Shown one piece after another: positions 16,993 to 24,832 of a stretch of DNA of 33,275 nucleotides. A program made the translations under genes and the position numbers. Numbering within the stretch: position 1 is the first letter of the stretch; every line of letters begins with the position of its first letter. The notes below the pieces were generated by a model that was given only the letters and a program-made list of their open reading frames with translations, was not told the DNA's origin and made no database searches. This stretch comes from Gemmatimonadales bacterium (GTDB lineage Bacteria; Gemmatimonadota; Gemmatimonadetes; Gemmatimonadales; GWC2-71-9), in the NCBI GenBank assembly GCA_040007575.1, contig JBDTUV010000002.1, forward strand, positions 1-33,275. The letters run 5' to 3'.

Positions 16993-19721
16993 CCGCGGAG
17001 GAGCTGGAGCAACGCCGGGCGGAGATCGAGGCCGCCCCTGAGCTGTCTGCGCTCCTCCGGCGCCTGGTGGAGCGTGCGGAGCCGGTGCTCGAACGCATGC
17101 CCCCGGTTCCCCAGTCCAAGGCGCTGCTTACGGCCGACGGCGGTGTCTGCCCCGACGATGGCACCCGGCTCGACTTCGATCCCTGGAGCCCCACCACGCA
17201 CCGCTGCTCCCGCTGCGGAAAACAGTTTACCGGCGAGCGCCACGACCGCGCGTGGGCTCACTATCAACACCTGTGGCTGGCCGAGCGCGGCGCGCACCTG
17301 GCGACCGTTGCCGTGTTCGCCGGACATGAGTCCGCGGCCAGACGAGCCAATCAGCTGCTGCAGGCCTATAGCGGCTATCTGGAGTACCCGAACCGCGACA
17401 ACGTGCTCGGCCCCAGCCGTCTCTTCTTTTCGACCTACCTCGAATCCATCTGGATCGGCAACTATCTCGCCGCTGCCATGATGCTTCGCGAGGGCGGATT
17501 GCTGGATGACGCGAGTGCCGAGGTTGTGGCGCTGGTGGCGGATGAGGCCGCCAATCTGATCGGTGAGTTCGACGAGGGTCTCTCCAACCGCCAGACCTGG
17601 CACAACGCCGCGCTGGCGAGCATCGCCGTGTGGTTCGAGGACGAGGAGCTGGCCTCGCGTGTGGTCGAGGGCGGGAGTGGGATCGTCGCCCATCTCCTGC
17701 ATGGCTTCGGGGAAGACGGCATGTGGTACGAGGGGGACAACTATCACCTCTTTGCGCTTCGAGGCCAGCTCCTCGCGATGTGGTGGGCGCGGAAGGCGGG
17801 GGTCGATCTCCTGGCTGACCCCCACCTCGCCGAGCGACTGGCGCGCGCGCTCCGTGCGCCCGCGACAACCGCGCTGCCCGACGCGACGTTCCCGGCCCGT
17901 AAGGACTCGCGCTTCGGTGTGTCACTGGCGCAGCCGATGTACCTCGAGCTCTGGGAGATCGGTCTGGCGCGGGTGGGTGGAGCGGACGACCAAAACGACC
18001 TCTGGAGCTGGCTGCGCCGGCTCTACCAGTCGCCCGCGCCGAAGGCGCAGACTTTCGACTCCTACCTTCATGAGGCGGGGGAGTCCCCTCCCACCCCGGT
18101 ACGGCACCGTTCGGATCTTTCCTGGTGGGCGCTGCTCGAGATGGTGCCATCACCGCCGCCGGAGACCCAGGCCTGGTCCCCCGGCAGCGTCCTGGTGGAA
18201 GGGCAGGGGCTGGCGGTGCTCCGACAGGGGGAGCGGTACGCCAGCCTCGAAGCGGGCACCTTCGGCGGGGGGCACGGACATCCCGACCGCCTCAACCTGG
18301 TGCTTCACGCCAACGGCGAATACTGGCTGCCCGACTTCGGCACCGGGTCGTACGTCTCCCGGGATCTGTTCTGGTACCGCTCCACCTTGTCCCACAACGC
18401 GCCCCGGCTGGACGGCGTTTCCCAGCCTCCCGGAAACGCGGCCTGCGACAACTTCGACCTGCGCGGGGAATGGGCATGGGTGCGCGCGCGCTACGGCGAG
18501 ATAGCGCGTACCCTGGTTTCGGGACCGTCGTACCTGCTCGACGTGGTAGAGCTGTCGTCCGGCGAGGACCACCTGCTGGAGCTCCCCTGGCATCTGAGTG
18601 GGGAGGTCGAGGTGCAGCCGGCAGGGAACTGGGTTCCGGCTGAGCTGAGGGACGAGTTTGTGCGCCAGGTGGAACGATTCGTCCCTGCGTCCAGTGAGCC
18701 CCTCGTCCTGCAGTCCCGCGGTGCCAAGGCAATGCTTAGCGTGCGCATTGCCTCGGACGCCGAGCTGCTCCGGGCCACCGCTCCCGGCGCGCCCGGAACG
18801 CCGGAGCCGGCTCCCTTCTTTCTGCTGCGGGCCAGGGGACGGAACCTCCGGCTGGTTTCGGTGCTGGAGTGCACGGCCGGCCAGCCGGTCGTACGTTCCG
18901 TCCGTGCGGGGCCGGGCGCCATCGAGGTGGAGACGACGGCCGGCGTAGACCGCCATGTGGCTACCGCGGAAGGCTGGGAGGTTCGAAGCCCGAAGGAGTC
19001 ACTCAAGCTCGCGGGCAACCGTCGCCTGCCACCTTCGTTCGTGCCGCTGGTGTCGAAGGATCGTCCTCTGGTCACGCAGGGGTCGGCCATTCAGATCGTC
19101 AACGCTCCCGCACTCGACGGAACACTGGAGGGCTTCGCGGAGAGCGAGCCGCTCCAGCTCGACCACGAGGATCAGTATCGCCGGAGCGAGGAGCCTTACG
19201 CTGGTCCAGAGGAGTTTTCCGCGGCCGCCACGGTCAACTGGAACGATGAGGCACTCTTTCTCGCCGTGGAAGTAGCCAAGGCCGAGGTCATTGCCCGCGA
19301 TCCCGCGTCTCGGCCCCTCCAGCTGGACAACGAGCCGGATGAGATCCATGGCGACGGCATCCAGGTGTACCTGAGATTGCCGTACCACGAGAGGGTCATC
19401 GGGATCCTCATCGTGCCATCCACCCAAGAGGGCGGCCTCATCGCTCGCGGCATTGCCGGGACGGCAGGGGCACCCGATATGGTTCGAGGCAGCTGGCAGC
19501 CCACCGAATCGGGCTACCGCATCACCGCCTCGATCAGCCCGCCGGGCTGGAGCGCTCTGCGCAGCGGCGAAGCCATCGGGTTCGATCTGCTGGTGAACGA
19601 GATGCAGTCCGGTCGCCTCCGGCGCGCGGGGCAACTGGTGTGGAGTGGTGGTGGAGGTTGGGTATGGCTGCGGGGCGACCGGCAGGATCCGTCGAGGTTT
19701 GGCACGCTGGAGCTGCGATAG
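16986..19721 (+). CDS. Heparinase II/III-like (alginate-lyase-fold) protein with a C-terminal CBM9/DOMON-like domain; no signal peptide
   Basis: Lies in track ORF 16878..19721. GTG 16986 overlaps the kinase stop by 7 nt. GGGHGHPDRLNLVLHANGEYWLPDFGTGSY...YRSTLSHNAPRLDG matches the heparinase II/III C-terminal signature region. NAPALDGTLEGF...AATVNWNDEALFLAVEVA...DGIQVYL...IGFDLLVNE resembles CBM9. The N-terminus carries CPDDG-x17-HRCSRCG. Confidence 0.7.
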   Translation: MLTAEELEQRRAEIEAAPELSALLRRLVERAEPVLERMPPVPQSKALLTADGGVCPDDGTRLDFDPWSPTTHRCSRCGKQFTGERHDRAWAHYQHLWLAERGAHLATVAVFAGHESAARRANQLLQAYSGYLEYPNRDNVLGPSRLFFSTYLESIWIGNYLAAAMMLREGGLLDDASAEVVALVADEAANLIGEFDEGLSNRQTWHNAALASIAVWFEDEELASRVVEGGSGIVAHLLHGFGEDGMWYEGDNYHLFALRGQLLAMWWARKAGVDLLADPHLAERLARALRAPATTALPDATFPARKDSRFGVSLAQPMYLELWEIGLARVGGADDQNDLWSWLRRLYQSPAPKAQTFDSYLHEAGESPPTPVRHRSDLSWWALLEMVPSPPPETQAWSPGSVLVEGQGLAVLRQGERYASLEAGTFGGGHGHPDRLNLVLHANGEYWLPDFGTGSYVSRDLFWYRSTLSHNAPRLDGVSQPPGNAACDNFDLRGEWAWVRARYGEIARTLVSGPSYLLDVVELSSGEDHLLELPWHLSGEVEVQPAGNWVPAELRDEFVRQVERFVPASSEPLVLQSRGAKAMLSVRIASDAELLRATAPGAPGTPEPAPFFLLRARGRNLRLVSVLECTAGQPVVRSVRAGPGAIEVETTAGVDRHVATAEGWEVRSPKESLKLAGNRRLPPSFVPLVSKDRPLVTQGSAIQIVNAPALDGTLEGFAESEPLQLDHEDQYRRSEEPYAGPEEFSAAATVNWNDEALFLAVEVAKAEVIARDPASRPLQLDNEPDEIHGDGIQVYLRLPYHERVIGILIVPSTQEGGLIARGIAGTAGAPDMVRGSWQPTESGYRITASISPPGWSALRSGEAIGFDLLVNEMQSGRLRRAGQLVWSGGGGWVWLRGDRQDPSRFGTLELR

Positions 19722-19731
19722 TGGAGGCACC

Positions 19732-20898
19732 TTGACCGATCACGTGGCCGGCTTCACCTCCACTGGCAGCAAACGCCCCGAGATTCTCTTCGGAGATCTC
19801 GATCCCGACCTGCCATCCCGAATGGTCCGCTCCTTGGGCTGCCGGGTTTGGGACGAGAATGACCGCGAGTACATCGACTACATCATGGGTCTCGGCTCGG
19901 TCGCACTTGGCTACGGCTTCTCCGAGGTCACCCGGGCGGCGGTCGAAGCGATAGAGGATGGGGTCGTGGGTCCGCTGGCTCCCGTGCTGGAGGAGGAGCT
20001 GGCGGCCAAGATTTCGTCTCTGATGCCCTGGGTGGAACAGCTGCGCTTCCTCAAGACCGGTGCGGAGGCCATGGCTGCTGCCGTGCGGCTGGCCCGGGTG
20101 GCAACCGGCCGGGAGCGGATTTTGGGTTGCGGGTATCACGGGTGGCTCGATTGGAACCAGTCCGCCCAGGGCGTGCCTCGTTCCACCAGCGACCTGTATG
20201 GCGAGCTGCCGTTCAATGATGAGGAGGCCAGCCGGAAGCTCATCCGGGCCGCCGGCGATGGCCTTGCGGCGGTGGCCTTCGAGCCAGTCATCCAGCGCGA
20301 GCCGAGCCCCGAATGGCTGACGGTTCTCCGGGAAGAGACCGAGCGGCTGGGGGCGCTGCTCATCGTGGATGAGATCAAGACGGTGTGCCGGATCTCGGTA
20401 GGCGGGGCGTGCGAGCGCTATCGCATCCGGCCCGACCTGGTCGTCATGGGCAAGGCGCTGGCCAATGGATTTCCTCTGGCTGCCGTCGGTGGACGCGCAG
20501 CGGCCATGGCCGGCGTGAGCCGGACCTGGATCTCCTCGACCCTAGCCACCGAGTTCGTCTCGCTGGCGGCGGCCCGGGCCACGCTCGACGTGATGGTTGC
20601 CCGCCAGGTGCCGCGGCACCTCGGCCGCATCGGCACCCGGTTGCGCGATGGACTCGTTCGGCTCCAGCAGGCGCACCCCGATCTGGTGACCGGGGTAGGA
20701 GGCATTCCGGAGATGTGCTTCCTTCAATACGCCGATGAGACCGCATCCCGGGCCGTCACGGCTGCGTGTGCCCGGTCGGGGCTGCTGTTCAAACGCTCAG
20801 CCTACAATTTCGTCTCCCTGGCCCACGACGAGTCAGTGATCGATGGCACCCTCGAGCTGCTGGCCCAGGCACTCTCGACCGCGGCTAAACCTGCCTAG
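19732..20898 (+). CDS. Class-III (GSA-aminomutase-like) PLP-dependent aminotransferase
   Basis: Lies in track ORF 19645..20898. Motifs DYIMGLGSVALGY, FLKTGAEAMAAAVRLAR, LIVDEIKT and MGKALANGFPLAAVGG (PLP Lys). Start is TTG 19732 or GTG 19744, just after the upstream stop at 19721. Confidence 0.85.
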   Translation: MTDHVAGFTSTGSKRPEILFGDLDPDLPSRMVRSLGCRVWDENDREYIDYIMGLGSVALGYGFSEVTRAAVEAIEDGVVGPLAPVLEEELAAKISSLMPWVEQLRFLKTGAEAMAAAVRLARVATGRERILGCGYHGWLDWNQSAQGVPRSTSDLYGELPFNDEEASRKLIRAAGDGLAAVAFEPVIQREPSPEWLTVLREETERLGALLIVDEIKTVCRISVGGACERYRIRPDLVVMGKALANGFPLAAVGGRAAAMAGVSRTWISSTLATEFVSLAAARATLDVMVARQVPRHLGRIGTRLRDGLVRLQQAHPDLVTGVGGIPEMCFLQYADETASRAVTAACARSGLLFKRSAYNFVSLAHDESVIDGTLELLAQALSTAAKPA

Positions 20899-20916
20899 AT
20901 TGGGGGGTAACTGGTA

Positions 20917-20928
20917 AAGGAGAAGGAG
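20917..20928 (+). promoter_or_regulatory. Tandem Shine-Dalgarno (AAGGAGAAGGAG) immediately upstream of ATG 20929
   Basis: Direct reading of the sequence. The first AAGGAG lies 6 nt from the ATG. This is the strongest SD seen in the window; most genes here have none. Confidence 0.6.
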
Positions 20929-21138
20929 ATGTCCAGCCGCAAGCCAACAGTTGATGACCTCGACGACGTAGATGACGAGGATGGAGCTGTCGAGGACGAG
21001 ATCACCGAGGAAAGTGATCTGACGCTCGTCGTCGAGACCGCGGACGAGGTGATCATGGGAAGCGATCCACGACTCGAGGGACCCATAGATCCGGACGAGC
21101 TCGACGACGAGGAGATCGTAGCTGAGGAGGAGCTATAG
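20929..21138 (+). CDS. Hyper-acidic 69-aa protein of unknown function
   Basis: ATG start with a strong SD. 29 of 69 residues are Asp/Glu and only 3 are Arg/Lys. It fills a 240-nt gap inside the operon. More A/T-ending codons than its neighbours. Confidence 0.55.
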   Translation: MSSRKPTVDDLDDVDDEDGAVEDEITEESDLTLVVETADEVIMGSDPRLEGPIDPDELDDEEIVAEEEL

Positions 21139-21941
21139 CGCCGCTCATCGACGTTCACGCGCACTTTCTCCACGACCGTTCTCCGCGCAGCGACTGGCAG
21201 CAGCGCAATGCCAGCCGGCTGCGCGCCGGGGAGCGGGTGGGAATCACGGTGCATGTCGCGTCGATCCTGGGTAGCTGGGGTCTGACCTCTCCCATCTACT
21301 TTCCCTCGCCCGCCGATATCGGGTACGGCAATGACTGCCTGCTGGCCTTGCAGCGGGCCCATCCCGCCCGCATCCGCGGCTACTGCGTGGTCAATCCCAA
21401 CTTTCGCGCTCACGCGCTGGCCGAGCTCAAGCGCTGCTTGGATGCCGGCATGATCGGGATCAAGCTCGCCGCCAGCCGGAGGGCCACCGATCCGCTGCTC
21501 GATCCGATCTGCCAGCTCGCGGCGCAACGGGGCGTCCCGGTGCTGCACCATATCTGGCAGCACCGGCGCCGGGAATACCCAGGGCAGGAGGCGTCGGACG
21601 CCGTGGAGCTCGTCGAGCTGGCGGCCCGCCACCCCAAGGTCAACTTCCTGCTGGCCCATATCGGGGGCGGGGGTGACTGGATCCACTCCCTGGCGGTCCT
21701 TCGCGATCAGCCGAATGTATTCGTGGATCTCTCGGGCAGCGGGGTCGATGGTGGCATGCTCGAGGCATGTCTCGATGCCGTAGGGGTCGAACGCCTGCTC
21801 TGGGGCTGCGACCTGACCATCGACACCGGCTGGGCCAAGCTCAGATATCTGGAGCACCTCCTCTCTGCCTCCGATCTGGAGCTGGTTCGCTGGCGCAACG
21901 CCACGCGAATCTTTCCGTCCACCGCTTTCACGTCGGACTGA
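21135..21941 (+). CDS. Metal-dependent amidohydrolase (Amidohydro_2 / TIM-barrel hydrolase); start codon unresolved
   Basis: The track ORF starts at GTG 21237, but the same frame is open from 21126 and encodes APLIDVHAHFLHDR, the canonical N-terminal HxH metal motif. Later motifs are VLHHIWQH, LLAHIGGGG and LLWGCD. No ATG/GTG/TTG lies upstream of the HxH; only ATA 21135 (overlapping TAG 21136-21138) and ATC 21147. Confidence 0.75.
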   Translation: MAPLIDVHAHFLHDRSPRSDWQQRNASRLRAGERVGITVHVASILGSWGLTSPIYFPSPADIGYGNDCLLALQRAHPARIRGYCVVNPNFRAHALAELKRCLDAGMIGIKLAASRRATDPLLDPICQLAAQRGVPVLHHIWQHRRREYPGQEASDAVELVELAARHPKVNFLLAHIGGGGDWIHSLAVLRDQPNVFVDLSGSGVDGGMLEACLDAVGVERLLWGCDLTIDTGWAKLRYLEHLLSASDLELVRWRNATRIFPSTAFTSD

Positions 21942-22705
21942 TGCGACTCGACGTCAACAGCTTCCTGGGGTCATACCCATTCCGGCGGGTGCCGGGCACG
22001 TCGCCCGACGCGCTACTCCGAGCCCTGGACCGCGTGGCCGTCGATCAGGCCTGGGTAACTCACCTGCCCGGCATCTTCTGGCGCGATCCGGCCGCGGGGA
22101 ATCCCTGGCTGTATGAGACCACGGCGCGACATGACCGGCTCCGGCCCGTCCCGGCGGTCCACCCCGGCCTGAGCGGATGGGAAGCGGTCCTCACCGAGGC
22201 GCGGGCCGAAGGGGTGCCCGCGGTCCGTTGCGATCCCACGCACTATGGGCTCGATCCGGCCGGTGCCGAGATGCGGAATCTCGTTCAGGCCTGCGGGTCA
22301 GAAGGGCTGCCGCTCATGCTCGCGGTGCGGCTGGAAGATGCCCGGCAGCGGCACCCCAACGATCGTGCCGCCGAGCTCCCACCCTGGGCGGTCAGGACAC
22401 TGATCAGGAGTGACCCACGGGTCCGGCTAATCATCACCCACGCCGACCGGCCCCTCGTCGAGGAAGTTCATTTCGGTTCCACGCCGGAGGAGTCCAGCCG
22501 GATCCTGTGGGACATCTGCTGGATCTGGGGGCCACCCGAGGATCACCTGGAGACGCTGCTTCGCACGGTCGGGGCAGATCGCTTCGCGTTCGGCACCGGC
22601 CAGCCGCTGCGACTGCCGGAGAACAGCGTGGCCAAGCTCGATCTGCTCGACCTCACTGCCGAGCAGCGCTCGTCAATCGAAAGCGGGAATGCTGGGGCGC
22701 ATTGA
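21941..22705 (+). CDS. Amidohydrolase-like paralogue with degenerate metal and catalytic motifs
   Basis: Lies in track ORF 21767..22705. ATG 21941 overlaps the upstream TGA by 1 nt (TGATG). Same length class and motif spacing as the upstream gene, but LDVNSF replaces IDVHAH and FGTGQP replaces the GxD motif. RLIITHAD is retained. Confidence 0.6.
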   Translation: MRLDVNSFLGSYPFRRVPGTSPDALLRALDRVAVDQAWVTHLPGIFWRDPAAGNPWLYETTARHDRLRPVPAVHPGLSGWEAVLTEARAEGVPAVRCDPTHYGLDPAGAEMRNLVQACGSEGLPLMLAVRLEDARQRHPNDRAAELPPWAVRTLIRSDPRVRLIITHADRPLVEEVHFGSTPEESSRILWDICWIWGPPEDHLETLLRTVGADRFAFGTGQPLRLPENSVAKLDLLDLTAEQRSSIESGNAGAH

Positions 22706-23561
22706 CGGCGGACTGATTCCCGCCGTACCGGTCCCCTTCCGCGGCACCGTGATGGATGCCGAGGCCCAGCGGGGCTATGCCCGCTGGATGGCGGGGCAGC
22801 CTATTGCCGGGGTTGCGGTGTGGGCTCATACCGGACGCGGCCCCTATTTGAGCGCCGAGCAGCGGCGGGAGGTGCTGGACACCTGGCGGCAGGCGCTGCC
22901 CACCGGAGTGGTGATAGCGGGGGCGCGGGACATCGGCATGGCTATCGAGGCCCGCCGGGGCAAGGCCGATGCCCTGCTCGCCTTTCCGCAGCAGAACGAT
23001 CCCATCGGGTATCACCAGCGGCTCAGCCGCGAGCTGCCGGTGATCGCCTTCTACCTGTATCAGGCCGCCGGTGGCGTCGCGTACGACGACGCGACCCTTC
23101 ACGGAATTCTCGAGCTGCCCAACGTCATCGGAATCAAGGTGGCCACGCTGGACTCGGTCATGACCTTCCAGCGGGTCGCCGCGGTGCTCCGGCAGCATCC
23201 GTCGAAGCTGCTCATCACCGGCGAGGACCGTTTTCTCGGATATTCACTTCTGCTCGGAGCCCGTGCCGCGCTGATCGGCATGGGTGCCGCACTTCCCGAC
23301 CTGCAGGCAGACCTCCTCCGGGCCCGGGCGGCCGAGGACTGGACCCGATTCATTCTGCTCTCGGATCTCTGCGATCGCTTTGGCCAGACCACTTTTATCG
23401 ATCCGATGGAGGGTTACATCCGGCGGATGCTGTGGGCTGCGGCCGCGGACGGCGGCCTGCCGCCCGATGCCTGCGACGATCCCTGGGGTCCGCCACTGCC
23501 AGTCGGTGAGCGCGAGGCCGTCGAGCGTATGGTCCGGGATGCGCGCGCTACTCGAGCGTGA
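22689..23561 (+). CDS. DapA/DHDPS-family (class I aldolase-like) protein
   Basis: LIPAVPVPF...MD.EA N-terminus typical of the family, PVIAFYLY, and NVIGIKVATLD (candidate Schiff-base Lys). The usual GTTGE motif reads AHTGRG. Overlaps the upstream gene by 17 nt. Confidence 0.6.
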   Translation: MLGRIDGGLIPAVPVPFRGTVMDAEAQRGYARWMAGQPIAGVAVWAHTGRGPYLSAEQRREVLDTWRQALPTGVVIAGARDIGMAIEARRGKADALLAFPQQNDPIGYHQRLSRELPVIAFYLYQAAGGVAYDDATLHGILELPNVIGIKVATLDSVMTFQRVAAVLRQHPSKLLITGEDRFLGYSLLLGARAALIGMGAALPDLQADLLRARAAEDWTRFILLSDLCDRFGQTTFIDPMEGYIRRMLWAAAADGGLPPDACDDPWGPPLPVGEREAVERMVRDARATRA

Positions 23562-24702
23562 CTTCGAGCGCTTCAAGCGCGAGCTGCCCCGCGACATCGC
23601 CGGTTACATCCGTGACGCCTACCGTGTCGATCTGACCGCCCGCTACCTCGGTCGCACCCTGCCGCACCCGATCGGAAAGGGATCAGGCCAGCTTTCCCTC
23701 AGTCTGGAACAGCTGGAGACCGATCGGGCCGCCGGACTCGCCTTCGTGGTGCTCAAGACCGTGATCGCGGAGGACGCCACCGGGGAGAGATCCATGGAGG
23801 CCTGGGCGGTGCACGAGACCCGGATGAAAGTGGAGCGTCGCCGGTCGGCCAGCGGCAGGGAAGGGTGGACGGTGACCTGGAAGGGCCGGGGATGGGATCG
23901 GTCCTTCGAGGAGTATCTGGCGCTGGTGCGGGCGGCAGCCGACTCCACCCGGGCGGGCGAGATGGTGGCGGTTCCCTCGGTGAAGTATCATCTGCCCCGC
24001 CTCGGGGAGCCCTTCCGGACCGAGGAGTATCGTCACACCACCGAAGGGCTCTGCCGGGCGTGGGGCGCCCAGGAGCTCTTGCTCGAAAAGGATTTCTCCC
24101 CCACCTTGGCGGGGAACGAGCTGGCCGATGAGCGGGACCAGGTCCTGCGCTGGCTGCGCGAAGTGCCCGCGCAAGTCCGTGGGGCGGCGGGCTCGACTCC
24201 GGTTCGGCTCGCGCTCAAGCTGATGAATGCCCGCTTCGACGACGCCTTCCAGCTGGAGATGCTGAACGCCGCCGGCTCGGCCGACGCGCTGGTCGTGTTC
24301 AACCGCCTCTGGGATCCGGAGCAAGCCGTCGCCTATGGCGGGTTCGATCTGAGCGAGCGCAATCTCCGGGTGCTCGACGCCGCGGGACGTGGTGGGCTCT
24401 CCACCCCTCCGCTCACCGGCACCGGCAACGTCTCCAGCGGGCGCCTCATCCTCGAGTATGCCCGGCTGGGCTGCGAGAGCGTCCAGCTGCATACCTTCTT
24501 TCAGCTGCCCCTGTCGGAGTATCCGGCCACGGACGGCTCCCGCCCGCAACGCGCGCTCCACGCCCTGCTTTTCGAGCCGGGTCAGGGTCTCATAGCGGGC
24601 ATGCTCGACCTGGCAGCGAAAGGGGGCCTGGAGCGGCGGGGAGGCGAGTTGAAATTCCTCGATCTGCAAAAGCAGAACCGAGCCGGCACCACGCCCAGTT
24701 AG
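23539..24702 (+). CDS. TIM-barrel protein, dihydroorotate/dihydropyrimidine-dehydrogenase-like (tentative)
   Basis: Lies in track ORF 23284..24702; ATG 23539 (MRALLERDFERF). LPHPIGKGSGQL...GLAFVVLKTV and the C-terminal TGTGNVSSGRLILEYARLGCESVQLHTFF resemble the DHO_dh N- and C-terminal motifs. The call rests on memory of those motifs only. Confidence 0.45.
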   Translation: MRALLERDFERFKRELPRDIAGYIRDAYRVDLTARYLGRTLPHPIGKGSGQLSLSLEQLETDRAAGLAFVVLKTVIAEDATGERSMEAWAVHETRMKVERRRSASGREGWTVTWKGRGWDRSFEEYLALVRAAADSTRAGEMVAVPSVKYHLPRLGEPFRTEEYRHTTEGLCRAWGAQELLLEKDFSPTLAGNELADERDQVLRWLREVPAQVRGAAGSTPVRLALKLMNARFDDAFQLEMLNAAGSADALVVFNRLWDPEQAVAYGGFDLSERNLRVLDAAGRGGLSTPPLTGTGNVSSGRLILEYARLGCESVQLHTFFQLPLSEYPATDGSRPQRALHALLFEPGQGLIAGMLDLAAKGGLERRGGELKFLDLQKQNRAGTTPS

Positions 24703-24772
24703 TGAGTGGCATTACAGCGGCTCCTCGTCCGTTTCCCTTTTTTAATCACCGAGCGACACGACCACGGTTGCT

Positions 24773-24815
24773 GGTTTCGTGCTTTCGCGCTTTCGTGTTT
24801 GCTTTTTGGTTTGCC
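24773..24815. repeat. T-rich degenerate tandem repeat (GGTTTCG TGCTTTCG CGCTTTCG TGTTTGC TTTTTGG TTTGCC)
   Basis: Direct reading, within the 130-nt lower-GC gap before the enolase-family gene. A T6 run lies at 24738-24743. Confidence 0.5.
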
Positions 24816-24832
24816 CTGAACCCAGCTATCAA

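Noticed and set aside
17500-17525. GGATGACGCGAGTGCCGAGG inside the heparinase-like gene (and GTCATCCAGCGCGAGCCGAGCCCCGAA at about 20287) resembling repeat module a.
   Set aside because: Both lie in frame within well-supported coding sequence, match only the short GGATGAC/GAGC cores and lack the GAACGACCG core. They are probably chance matches in GC-rich DNA.
18960-18990. tRNA-like T-arm word GGTTCGAAGCC.
   Set aside because: It lies in frame inside the heparinase-like CDS, and no acceptor, D or anticodon arms can be drawn around it.
20929-21138. The acidic ORF as a Pup/UBact-type protein modifier or a RiPP precursor.
   Set aside because: It has no C-terminal GGQ/GGE-type or other known modifier terminus. 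There is no ligase, proteasome, cyclase or radical-SAM neighbour, and it contains no Cys. Only the acidity is shared.
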